Below are positions 54,529 to 62,878 of a stretch of 64,000 nucleotides of DNA, one piece after another; position 1 is the first letter of the stretch; each line of letters begins with the position of its first letter. A model generated the notes under the pieces. It had not been told where the DNA came from. It made no database searches and saw nothing but the letters and a program-made list of their open reading frames with translations. Location: positions 5,047 through 69,046 of the IMG/VR virus record IMGVR_UViG_2936381700_000001. The stretch is one strand, 5' to 3'. Source of the DNA: a virus. Its lineage: Duplodnaviria; Caudoviricetes. The position numbers were made by a program, and so were the translations under genes.

Positions 54529-54575
54529 CGTTCGGGACGTGGGGGTCGAGTGTTCGAATCACTCCACTCCGACCA
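54529..54575 (+). other. attR: duplicated 3' part of tRNA-Pro(CGG)
   Basis: CG-TTCGGGA-CGTGG-GGGTC-GAGTG-TTCGAAT-CACTC-CACTCCG-A-CCA; 5' half of the tRNA absent. Confidence 0.88.
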
Positions 54576-54648
54576 GCTGTAACCCTCCGAAAATCAGGGT
54601 TGCTCATCTTTCCCGAATTTCTCAGCTGACGAAAATTGACGGCAACGA

Positions 54649-55098
54649 TTATTCCGGCCGGAACGCGGCGGGAAGATCGACCGCGACGTCAAGCGGCTGG
54701 AAATGCCGCAGGTTTTCCGTAATGACGGTGAGGTCGTAGGCCCGCGCCGTCGCCGCGATGATGAGGTCGCCGAGACCGGGATGACGACCTCGGCTCTCGG
54801 CTTCATCTTCCAGAGCGCCAGCGATGCGCGCGACAACGGTATCCATCGGCAATATCCGATCGCCGAAACTGTCGGTGATGAAGTCCAGCCATGTCGAAAG
54901 GCGCTTTGCCCGCTCGATCCCGCCGCGACGGTGAAGGTTCCGCATTCCCTTCTCGATTTCTGCGACCGATAGAGCCGACAGAAACAGGCTATCGGCTTTG
55001 CCCTGCTCATGAAACCATGCCCGCACCGGATCGGACGGCGCCACCTTGCCCGGCGCGAACTTCGAAATGATGTTCGTGTCAAGAAGGTAGGCGGTCAC
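54649..55098 (-). CDS. vapC: VapC PIN-domain toxin
   Basis: YLLDTNIIS, SVAEIEKG, DLIIAATA, TENLRHF. Confidence 0.92.
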   Translation of the reverse strand: MTAYLLDTNIISKFAPGKVAPSDPVRAWFHEQGKADSLFLSALSVAEIEKGMRNLHRRGGIERAKRLSTWLDFITDSFGDRILPMDTVVARIAGALEDEAESRGRHPGLGDLIIAATARAYDLTVITENLRHFQPLDVAVDLPAAFRPE

Positions 55099-55349
55099 AG
55101 ATCGATATCCCGCATTTTCGAGGGGTTGCGTTCCAGTTCGACTCCGCCGGGGAAGGTCAACAGGAAATCCCCGAAATTCGGCCGTGGCTTCTTCAAAGCC
55201 CTTTTCGCCGCCTCGGCCGCTTCGACGGAGACAAGCACGGCAGCGGGCTTTCCGTGCCGCGTGATCGTCACGAATTCCCCGTTCGCGGCTTCATCCACCA
55301 GACCGGCGAAACCGGCCTTTGCCTCTGCCACGCTGATTGTCGACATCAC
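55095..55349 (-). CDS. Phd/YefM-family antitoxin
   Basis: ISVAEAKAGFAGLV...VTITRHGKPAAVLV; upstream TGAC-N8-GTCA palindrome at 55366-55381. Confidence 0.9.
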   Translation of the reverse strand: MMSTISVAEAKAGFAGLVDEAANGEFVTITRHGKPAAVLVSVEAAEAAKRALKKPRPNFGDFLLTFPGGVELERNPSKMRDIDL

Positions 55350-55488
55350 TACCTCCGATCATAAATGACCATATATAGTCACACTAGGTGGTGGCGCCGG
55401 CGAAATCAAGGGCGCAAAACGGCTCCTTCAACCGGAGCGAGTCCCAAAGTGATTCGTTGAGTCGCGCTTCGTGTGAGATACTGGAACC

Positions 55489-55728
55489 ATGAGCAAGCGA
55501 CGACGCTTCAAGCCAGTGAAGATCACCATCAATGGCAAGGTGAGGACGGTCTATAATGTCGTCCAGGCCGGCAATGCCTTGCTGAACGATTGGCCCGAGC
55601 AGACGCCGGCGGCCAAGGTTGCCGAACGGCTGGTGCTCGATGTCTTCAACGATGCCGCCGAGCCCGAGCAGGTGCGCCGCGCCTTCATCACCGCGGCCAA
55701 GGCCAGCGACATCAAGTTCAGCTCCTGA
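55489..55728 (+). CDS. DUF982 family protein
   Basis: KPVKI...A...LLNDWP...VRRAFITAAKAS. Confidence 0.75.
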   Translation: MSKRRRFKPVKITINGKVRTVYNVVQAGNALLNDWPEQTPAAKVAERLVLDVFNDAAEPEQVRRAFITAAKASDIKFSS

Positions 55729-55754
55729 GCGGCCGTATTGGCAAAATCCGTGGC

Positions 55755-55979
55755 TTATTTCCATGAGACCTGTTCCTGACGGCTGAGATCCTGATCCTCG
55801 AACCGCGTCTCCATCCAGGCGGCCGTACCGATCGCGGCGAGGAAGCCGAAGGCGAGGCAGGCGATCGCCTGGGTCCGCCAGGAGACGAAGGTGACCGGCG
55901 CCGGGGTGGTGGGCTTTTCGGCGCATGCTCCGGGCGGGCAGGCGCAGCCGGAAAAGGCTTTGATCAGGCAATCGCTCAT
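55755..55979 (-). CDS. Small TM protein
   Basis: ATGA coupling; hydrophobic IACLAFGFLAAIGTAAWM. Confidence 0.55.
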   Translation of the reverse strand: MSDCLIKAFSGCACPPGACAEKPTTPAPVTFVSWRTQAIACLAFGFLAAIGTAAWMETRFEDQDLSRQEQVSWK

Positions 55980-56215
55980 GATGGACAGCCTTTCACCGTG
56001 TCGATGGCGGCGAGGATCTTCTGGTGAAGCGGGCAGCCGCGATCGTCGCTGCCGTCGAAAAAACGTTCGGCCTCCACCAGCGCCGTCAGGAGATCGGGCG
56101 CCCCGGCGGTGAAGCGGATCTTGGCACGGGTCTTTTCGGTTGCTCGGGCCTGTCGGCCGGCGGGACGGGAAGGGCTCTCGGTCGAGGGCTCGGATGTGGG
56201 ATAGGCGGCAGGCAT
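55976..56215 (-). CDS. Phage-type hypothetical protein
   Basis: GAPDLLTALVEAE motif; GAGGAG RBS. Confidence 0.55.
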   Translation of the reverse strand: MPAAYPTSEPSTESPSRPAGRQARATEKTRAKIRFTAGAPDLLTALVEAERFFDGSDDRGCPLHQKILAAIDTVKGCPS

Positions 56216-56226
56216 CGCAGCTCTCC

Positions 56227-56490
56227 TCAGGCGTAAAGCTGATCGGTATCGGTGATGCCCATAATCTCGCGGGCATAGCGGTAGTGCGCCTCGACGCTGG
56301 CGCGCGCACCGCGCAGCCAGGAGGGGCCGCGGATCGCATGTTCGGGACGGCGCAGGAAGGCGAAGCCGAGGGCGCCCATGCGCTGGGCCTCGATCGCCAT
56401 ATAGGCGCTGCATTCACCCAATCCGCGCACGCCATTCCAGCGGGCGTCGCGCTTGCTCTCCTCGGTCTCGATATTGCGGATGTGCTGCAT
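56227..56490 (-). CDS. Hypothetical protein, first gene of leftward operon
   Basis: GAGGA RBS; just downstream of PL-like promoter. Confidence 0.65.
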   Translation of the reverse strand: MQHIRNIETEESKRDARWNGVRGLGECSAYMAIEAQRMGALGFAFLRRPEHAIRGPSWLRGARASVEAHYRYAREIMGITDTDQLYA

Positions 56491-56528
56491 CGCCCTGTCC
56501 TCTGCCTGCCGGATCGGCTTCAGAGAGT

Positions 56529-56581
56529 AGGGTATATATCATACCCAATCGCGTCAATTGGAAAAGGTATAAAAAATACCT
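56529..56581 (-). promoter_or_regulatory. PL-like promoter with two operators
   Basis: GGGTAT-ATATC-ATACCC 56530-56546; AGGTAT-AAAAA-ATACCT 56565-56581; minus-strand TTGACG-17-TACCCT. Confidence 0.75.
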
Positions 56582-57152
56582 CAGTGGTTGACGGGGTACG
56601 AATCGTAGGCGTATGTCTGGATCCAGTGATTGGGCGACCGGGTGCAACTCCCGAGCTGACGAAGCCCAGCGGCGCGGGAAGCGAAAGTCCTTAAGTGCGC
56701 TGTCAGAAAATCAGGACGAGGGCGAAGCGAATGGCCCCTCTGGCACGTGTCCCATCCCGGCTCCGGCCTTCAGGACCCTGGCCAATGCTCTCCCGGCTTC
56801 ATGGGCTTTGCTCATGGGGTAGGGGGAAGCTTTGGCCGGAACCCTCCCTCACCAGCCTTCAGGAGCGAAGATAGAGAGATAGAAATCTAAGCTATATCAG
56901 ACTCTGATCCGCGGGAGAAAACAGGCCGGCCATGTGCACCGAAATCGCCGACGAAGATCGAAGCGGGCCTGGATGCGATCACCGAATTCTGCGATCCGTA
57001 AGGGCTGCCGAAGGGCCGTTGCTCGCAACCGGCTGCCATGCGGATGACGGTGGCGAAGATGCGAGGCGGGATCCGCAGCTGCCGCAATTTGTGGTTTCAG
57101 AGGAGGGGTGTCCCGAGGCGCTCATGATCCTGGTCGCCGGATCGGGGCGATC

Positions 57153-57257
57153 CTACAGGCCGTACATTTCGCGCGCGGCGCTGTAGGTCAGCAGCAGCAC
57201 CGCTATCGTGACGATATAGAACCAGAGTCTGCCGGCGCGGGATGAAGGGCGGATCAT
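57153..57257 (-). CDS. 34-aa single-TM protein (MIRPSSRAGRLWFYIVTIAVLLLTYSAAREMYGL)
   Basis: Not in ORF track; AAGGAA RBS; downstream of repressor. Confidence 0.55.
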   Translation of the reverse strand: MIRPSSRAGRLWFYIVTIAVLLLTYSAAREMYGL

Positions 57258-57314
57258 TATGGTTTCCTTGATGAAATCTGGTTGATTCGCGGCATTGATT
57301 CCGAGCCGCGGCTC

Positions 57315-57962
57315 TCACATCTCGATGATCGACCGGCGGACGCGGCCGACGATGGTGACGGCGCCCTGGAATTGCGGCGGCGGCACGTCCTCGTAGGAGG
57401 CGGGCTGGAAGGGCGGGTCGTCGTTCGGGCGGTAGCGCTTGTAGGTGGCGGCGCCGGTTTCGTCGGCGACGACATAGAGCGCGTTCGGCGCCAGGCGCTT
57501 GTCGCGCAGATTGACGAAGATGATCGAGCCCGGCGGCGAGATCTTGTTCATCGAATTGCCTTCGACTTCGAGTGCGATCCATTCGCCATCGGGAAGATCG
57601 AGCGCGGCCACCGTCGGGAATTCCGAGAAGTCGGTGATCGGCGCCTGCTCGCTGAGCTGGCCGGCGCTGACCCAGGAGATCTTCGGCACGTCGGCGACGG
57701 CGACGGGCAGTTCATCCGGGTCGAGCGCGTTGCCGGTTCCGAACTGCAGCCAGTTGGGATTGACCTTGAAGGCGCGGGCATACTTCTTCGCATCGGCAAT
57801 GCCGAAGCCGTTGCGGCCGGATTCGTGCGCCTTGTAGACGTTGACGTTCCAGCCGAGCCGATCGACGATCGCCTTCGGCCCGGCAAAGCCGGCGTTCTTC
57901 CTGGCCATGACCAGCCGCTTTGCGCGTTCTTCGCGCTCAAATTGTTCCTGATCTTTCAACAT
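57315..57962 (-). CDS. CI/LexA-like repressor (HTH + S24 peptidase)
   Basis: RLVMARKNAGF...YKAHESG; VSAG cleavage-site-like motif; VEGNSMN; TYKRY. Confidence 0.9.
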   Translation of the reverse strand: MLKDQEQFEREERAKRLVMARKNAGFAGPKAIVDRLGWNVNVYKAHESGRNGFGIADAKKYARAFKVNPNWLQFGTGNALDPDELPVAVADVPKISWVSAGQLSEQAPITDFSEFPTVAALDLPDGEWIALEVEGNSMNKISPPGSIIFVNLRDKRLAPNALYVVADETGAATYKRYRPNDDPPFQPASYEDVPPPQFQGAVTIVGRVRRSIIEM

Positions 57963-58038
57963 GATATAAATTATACCCTAAAAAAAGGTATATGTAATGC
58001 CCTATTGCGCTTGACAGATCGGGTATTAATTATACCCT
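57962..58038 (+). promoter_or_regulatory. PR-like promoter with three operators
   Basis: TGATAT-N5-ATACCC 57962, AGGTAT-N5-ATGCCC 57986, GGGTAT-N5-ATACCC 58021; TTGACA at 58011. Confidence 0.78.
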
Positions 58039-58039
58039 A

Positions 58040-58273
58040 ATGCCCATGACACACAGCGAAACCATCCATAACGGGTCGGGCCTTTCCCGCGCGATCCGGC
58101 GCTGCGGCGCCCGCTACAGCGGTTGCCCGATCTGCGCCAAGGCGCTGTCGATCGCCGAGGTGATCGAGCGCCACTGCGAGGCCTGCGGCCGGCCGACGCG
58201 CCCGAAAGAGATGCGGGAGATCTTGCCCGTCGCCTCTCCCATCACCGATCCCGACGGCGTCACCCCTCCCTGA
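58040..58273 (+). CDS. Zn-ribbon protein in the cro position
   Basis: CPIC...CEAC; first gene after PR. Confidence 0.6.
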   Translation: MPMTHSETIHNGSGLSRAIRRCGARYSGCPICAKALSIAEVIERHCEACGRPTRPKEMREILPVASPITDPDGVTPP

Positions 58274-58364
58274 CGGCGATCGGCGGCCGGCGTCGTCGCC
58301 TCCCTCGGCGACGCCGGCATCTCAATCCCGAGCCGCGCTCGAAATCGAAAACAAGGATGAAACG

Positions 58365-58649
58365 ATGAGCATCCCCGCCAAGGCCGCCCCAGCGCAGCGC
58401 GAAGACTCTCGCATGAGCGCCCTCGAGGTCTTCCGCACCGGCCGGGACTATATCGAAATCGCAGCCCTCCTCGGCATGTCGGTGCCGTCGGTGGAAAGCG
58501 AGATCCACCGGCTGCGCAGCGCCGAGAAGGGCGATGCCGCGGGGCACGATCATGCCGGCGCGGAAACCCGCCGCTTTGCCCGCCGCCCGCTCAAGCCGGG
58601 CACGCCGGTCAATTTTGCCGGCGACCGGGTTTGGAGACGGCGGGTTTGA
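58365..58649 (+). CDS. Sigma-70 region-4-like HTH protein
   Basis: RDYIEIAALLGMSVPSVESEIHRLR. Confidence 0.65.
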   Translation: MSIPAKAAPAQREDSRMSALEVFRTGRDYIEIAALLGMSVPSVESEIHRLRSAEKGDAAGHDHAGAETRRFARRPLKPGTPVNFAGDRVWRRRV

Positions 58650-58693
58650 GGCCGGCGATGCCGGCCGGGATAGGAAAACACGTGAGGGAAACA

Positions 58694-59059
58694 ATGGCGA
58701 AGGCGACAATCGACAAGGACATCATGGAGATCCTCGGCCCGGTGCTGGGGGAGGAGCTGGCGGCGGCCGTCATCGAGCATCGCAAGCGCACCCTGAAGCG
58801 GCCGCTGACGGCCTATGCCGCCCGGATCCAGGCCAGGGAATATCTGCTGACCGGCGATCCGGCCGGGGCTGCCGAGATGCAGATCTTCCGTGGCTGGCAG
58901 GCGATCAAATGCGACTGGTACCTCAAGGAGAAGGCGAGGGAGGCCCAGTCGATCAACAGCAGCACGAGAAGGACGACAGTCGATGCCGCAAGAGATTTCC
59001 TCTCCGGTGAAGATCATAGCGGGGATGCTTTCGGGTTTCCCGGCATCCTCAGGCACTGA
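58694..59059 (+). CDS. Phage replication-protein C-terminal-like domain
   Basis: AVIEHRKRTLKRPLTAYAA...RGWQAIKCDWY. Confidence 0.6.
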   Translation: MAKATIDKDIMEILGPVLGEELAAAVIEHRKRTLKRPLTAYAARIQAREYLLTGDPAGAAEMQIFRGWQAIKCDWYLKEKAREAQSINSSTRRTTVDAARDFLSGEDHSGDAFGFPGILRH

Positions 59060-59420
59060 TCCCGACATGCAGATCCGCGCCTATCTGCTCGCCATCGACG
59101 GCATCCCGCTGGAGGCGGTCTGGCAGGCCGCCAAGCTCTTCATCGCCGGAAAGGTCAAGAACCATAACCGCGCCTTTGCCCCGAGCTCAGCCAGTTTTGC
59201 CGAGCAGTGCCGCCGTCAGCAGGCGGTAATCGAGGCGCAGAGCCGCCCGCGCCTGAAGCCGCAGCCGGAGACGCCGCAGCCGAAAGTCGCGGCCTACAAG
59301 ATGCAGCTGCTGCGCGATGCGGCGAACGGCAGCCGCAACGCCCGGCGGGAACTGGCGGAGATGTTTCCCGACAACCCGGTCATTGCAAAAGCCGCACGGC
59401 ATGAGGAGGCATTGAGGTGA
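58983..59420 (+). CDS. Phage replication partner / helicase-loader-like protein
   Basis: AYLLAIDGIPLEAV...FAPSSASF; follows the rep-like gene. Confidence 0.6.
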   Translation: MPQEISSPVKIIAGMLSGFPASSGTDPDMQIRAYLLAIDGIPLEAVWQAAKLFIAGKVKNHNRAFAPSSASFAEQCRRQQAVIEAQSRPRLKPQPETPQPKVAAYKMQLLRDAANGSRNARRELAEMFPDNPVIAKAARHEEALR

Positions 59421-59716
59421 GAGGCCTATTCTGGACGGAAGACAAGATCGTCAAGGCTGAGAAGCTCTGGCAGGAGGGGCTCTCGGCAAGAGAGATCGCC
59501 AACCTGTTCGGCTCGAAGAAGAACACCGTCATCAACATGGCGCACCGCAACCGCGACAGGTTCCCCGCACGGCAGGACAGCAGGCATCCGCTGCCCGAGA
59601 CGCGCGAGGCGAAAGCGCCGATCCGCCATCCCGACCGCGTCACCCGGGTGACGCTGTCGGGCGCCCATGTGACGATGCCGCGCGTGCCGACTATCGATGG
59701 GTATCCAGAGCCATGA
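59417..59716 (+). CDS. GcrA-like N-terminal HTH protein
   Basis: WTEDKIVKAEKLWQEGLSAREIANLFGSKKNTVINMAHR. Confidence 0.75.
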   Translation: MRGLFWTEDKIVKAEKLWQEGLSAREIANLFGSKKNTVINMAHRNRDRFPARQDSRHPLPETREAKAPIRHPDRVTRVTLSGAHVTMPRVPTIDGYPEP

Positions 59717-59925
59717 GCCCGGCCATCACGAGCAACGTCACCCCGCGCGAAACCGAAATCATCGGCTGGATGGCGGCGGGCAAGACCGCGGCCGAGATCG
59801 GCACCATTCTCGGCATCTCCCCCATCACGGTGAACACGCACATATCAAACGCCAAGGCGAGACTCGGCGTCTTCAAGGATACCGCACTTGTCGCCGCCGC
59901 ACTTCGCAACGGCATCATTCGATAG
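59713..59925 (+). CDS. Stand-alone LuxR-type HTH protein
   Basis: TPRETEIIGWMAAGKTAAEIGTILGISPITVNTHISNAKARLG. Confidence 0.88.
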   Translation: MSPAITSNVTPRETEIIGWMAAGKTAAEIGTILGISPITVNTHISNAKARLGVFKDTALVAAALRNGIIR

Positions 59926-59938
59926 AAGGACAATCAGC

Positions 59939-60532
59939 ATGGGTGGCAAAGCAGCCAAGGTTAAGACACAACGGGCAAACAAGGGCGCCGGCCGGCCGCG
60001 CAAGGCCAATGTCGAGCGTTTTCCCTGCGGCAAGATCAAGCCCTTCGAAACCGAGAAGGACAATATCAGCGTCGCAATATCAGCCCGCCGCCGCATCCAC
60101 GGCTTCGGCCGGACGGTTGATGACGAGACGGTCAAAAGCCCGTTTGCCGGTTACACGCTCGGCCGCATGTTCCTCGACGGCCTGATATCAGCCGAGCAGC
60201 GCCAGGCCGGCGACGATTATGCCGAGGTCATGGCCCGCTACCACAAGACCACCGGCATCCCGGCCCCGAGCCCGCGGGCGCAATCGCTGTTCGCCGTCAA
60301 AGGCCACGAAGGCGAGGTGACCGAGACCCTCGCCGACCGCGCCCGCAAGGCCAGCAACCGCATGATGGCGCTGCAGGCCATCCTCTTGCGCTGCCAGGAC
60401 GGCCCGCAGGTCAGAAGCACGGTCTATAACGTCACGGTGATGGACTACGAACATCTGCGCCAGATGCCGCCGCAGCAGCTGCTATGGCTGCGCCGCGGGC
60501 TGACGGCGCTGCGGGGGGCGAAGGGTGGGTGA
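59939..60532 (+). CDS. Phage hypothetical protein (late-regulator position)
   Basis: GAGRPRK, YTLGRMFLDGLISAEQRQAG. Confidence 0.7.
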   Translation: MGGKAAKVKTQRANKGAGRPRKANVERFPCGKIKPFETEKDNISVAISARRRIHGFGRTVDDETVKSPFAGYTLGRMFLDGLISAEQRQAGDDYAEVMARYHKTTGIPAPSPRAQSLFAVKGHEGEVTETLADRARKASNRMMALQAILLRCQDGPQVRSTVYNVTVMDYEHLRQMPPQQLLWLRRGLTALRGAKGG

Positions 60533-60667
60533 CGGGTGGGGCAGGGCTGCCAAGGCGCTTGGCGGCAAGGCTTCCGATGACGTCTTCGACTTCGATTGAT
60601 CGCATTTTATGACGGGAGCGAAATCCGCCCTTGCTCCGTCCGCCTCGCCATTTGTCTCCCAAGCTCA

Positions 60668-60950
60668 CCCCACCCTCCGTCCTCCTGGGGCTCGACCCGA
60701 GGATCCACTTTCGCCTCCATCAGGAGCGGGCATGGGTCCCAGGCTCAAGGCCTGGGATGACGGAGGGTGGGGCGCGTGTTTTCGCCAAACGCCCTGCCGT
60801 CGACGCCGATCATGCCCGAATGCGTTGCTGTCCTTGCTCCAGCGTCACCCCACGCTCCGTCCTCCTCGGGCTTGACCCGAGGATCCACTTTCGCCTCCGT
60901 CAGCCGCGGGCATGGATTCCAGGCTCAAGGCCTGGAATGACGGAGGGCGG
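60668..60950. repeat. Two REP/RIME-like palindromic elements (~100 bp, 180-bp period)
   Basis: CTCCGTCCTCCT.GGGCT.GACCCGAGGATCCAC...CCAGGCTCAAGGCCTGG.ATGACGGAG in both copies. Confidence 0.8.
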
Positions 60951-61164
60951 GCGGCTCCGTTGCCAAGGTCATCCGGCGCGGCACGCAGTCGTCGCTGTCG
61001 TCATCGAAGGCGCGGTGGTTGTCGGTTTCGATCGCGGGAAGGGAGGCGTCCGCTGCGTGCCGCACGAGAGCTGGTAGCGCGGCATTCTTACGCGTCCTTT
61101 GCCGGCACTATAACAATTCGTAAGAATGGCACGTGCTCATGAATATGCGAGTCCCCGGCCGAGG

Positions 61165-61635
61165 CTAAGTCTTGCCCAGATGCTTCGGCCAGAATTCCCG
61201 ATGCACTTCGGCGGCTTCGTCTTCGAGGGTGGGGCCGAGCACGGTGACGGTGCGGGCGCCGGTTTGCAGCACTGCCCGGCTCGGCACGTTCAGGCCGATC
61301 CCGGCGATCTCGCCGAGCCGTGCTTCCGAGCACGCAAACACCATGCGACCGATGCCCGACCAGTAGATCGCCCCGGAACACATCGCGCAGGGCTCGGTGC
61401 TGGTGTAGAGCGTACAACCGGCGAGAAAGGCGGTGTCGTAGTGCTGTGCCGCCAGTTTGATCAGGTTCAGCTCGGCGTGGTTGGTCATGTCGTGGCCGGT
61501 AAAGACGCTGTTTTCGGCGCGCAGGATGACGTCGCCGTCTTTCACCAGCACCGAGCCAAACGGTTCGTCGCCGCGTTCCATCGCGGATTTCGAGAGGGCA
61601 ATCGCCTCGCGCAAAAACGGCTCGTGGTTTTCCAT
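61165..61635 (-). CDS. Nucleoside/guanine deaminase (CDA fold)
   Basis: EPFGSVLV, NHAELN, TEPCAMC. Confidence 0.9.
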   Translation of the reverse strand: MENHEPFLREAIALSKSAMERGDEPFGSVLVKDGDVILRAENSVFTGHDMTNHAELNLIKLAAQHYDTAFLAGCTLYTSTEPCAMCSGAIYWSGIGRMVFACSEARLGEIAGIGLNVPSRAVLQTGARTVTVLGPTLEDEAAEVHREFWPKHLGKT

Positions 61636-61765
61636 CAGCGTCTCCCCAAAAGCTAGAGCGCCACGATTTTGTCTTGAATCGGAGAGATTTCCAAGAGGCC
61701 GCAAATCCGTTTCAGCCTCACGCAATCAAGGCGGAATAGATGGGATTATTCATAAGGAAAGACCG

Positions 61766-62236
61766 ATGCCGAGAGCGTTTCTGAACTCGCAGATGCGACT
61801 ATGTGTCAAAGCATTCCTTGCTCTATTGATTATTGGTCTAAGGCCAGCCGCCGCGACGCCTCCATGCCCTCCCCAGAATGAACTGCTGGCGAAGGCGAAG
61901 ACGGTGGTTGAGGCGCGCGTAAAATCGCTGTCGATCGGCGAATCCGGTTTGCTGGTGATGGAGGGGGCTCCCACGCGCATGATACGGGTGGATTTGGAGA
62001 TCAAGAGAGTCATCAAAGGCAAATACCCGGGAAAGGAGGCAATCGTCTACGGCACCGTGTATCCTCCAGGGCCCTTAAAGGAATTGACCACGATGGCGTT
62101 GATTGGCGGGCTCGGTGGCGACGACACCTTCGAATGGGAGCTCGCACGCCGAGAAATAGGTGATGGAGCGGCGTTCTTTTCGATGAGCAGCTGCAGCTAT
62201 TATAAATTCCCAGTTTATAACGTTGGTCCAGACTGA
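61766..62236 (+). CDS. Exported hypothetical protein
   Basis: Signal-like FLALLIIGLRPAAA; lower GC. Confidence 0.55.
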   Translation: MPRAFLNSQMRLCVKAFLALLIIGLRPAAATPPCPPQNELLAKAKTVVEARVKSLSIGESGLLVMEGAPTRMIRVDLEIKRVIKGKYPGKEAIVYGTVYPPGPLKELTTMALIGGLGGDDTFEWELARREIGDGAAFFSMSSCSYYKFPVYNVGPD

Positions 62237-62386
62237 TTGAACCGTGCGCCCATCACAGAGTGGTGCGGGGTGACCGGTAACTTTGCGCCAGAAGCGGTCG
62301 TTAATAAATTGTTGAGCAAATCAATTGGAACAACTGTTTACACCGTGATGCGATGTTGGACTACCATACGCTGAGGATATCTGACC

Positions 62387-62878
62387 TTGCCAAGGGAACG
62401 GGTGCAAAACAGAGGAAACGGCCGCCTTCCCGCATTGCTCCCGGCGGCCTTGCTGTCATGTCTACTAACATCGTCGTGCTCTGATGACCTGGGCCGCGAG
62501 AATATAAAGCGACTTGAGGCAACGGACCTTTATGTCTACGGCGAAAATTGCAGGGGACCTTATTGGCGGTTCGAAGGCGGTGGGCTGTTTTTCCACGAGA
62601 ATGGAACGGTCCGAAACGTATTCGACAATCTCGCTCTCATTCCACGAGGCAATGACGTTTTGGTGGTGCGATCCCTATCATCATCCTCGTTGACTATGGT
62701 GCTCACCTTCAGCCCAGACGGTTCAGCCAAATTCACAGATGTCTACATGGAACCTAGGCCGACCGATGCACAATTGGCCATACTGGATAGTGAGCACGGT
62801 TATACGCAGACCGTTTCATCCATTATGAAACTCCCTTCAATCGAACTCTGCACGCGCATGAGATCAGCCGCATCGTAA
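62387..62878 (+). CDS. Putative lipoprotein
   Basis: LLSCLLTSS-C; start uncertain. Confidence 0.55.
   Translation: MPRERVQNRGNGRLPALLPAALLSCLLTSSCSDDLGRENIKRLEATDLYVYGENCRGPYWRFEGGGLFFHENGTVRNVFDNLALIPRGNDVLVVRSLSSSSLTMVLTFSPDGSAKFTDVYMEPRPTDAQLAILDSEHGYTQTVSSIMKLPSIELCTRMRSAAS

Larger units (their letters stand above)
1..54575. mobile_element. Temperate siphovirus prophage (HK97-type head, lambda-like tail), left end outside window
   Basis: Complete ordered immunity, replication, packaging, head, tail and lysis modules; ends at a tRNA-Pro 3' duplication preceded by arm-type repeats. Confidence 0.93.
55755..60532. mobile_element. Compact phage-derived regulatory/early module without virion genes
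   Basis: Repressor, divergent operons, five operators, replication-like genes; no integrase or structural genes adjacent. Confidence 0.75.

Noticed and set aside
54500-54575. Intact tRNA-Pro gene
   Set aside because: Only the anticodon loop to CCA is present; upstream bases do not form the D arm or the 5' acceptor strand, so it is treated as attR
56654-56700. Hammerhead-like core CTGACGA...GAAA
   Set aside because: Stem II would close with A-C instead of G-C, and no stem III/NUH arrangement can be built
56874-56886. 13-bp match GAGAGATAGAAAT to the main prophage PL region (8116-8128)
   Set aside because: Too short, and it does not form the full TAGA-N7-TCTA operator; could be chance
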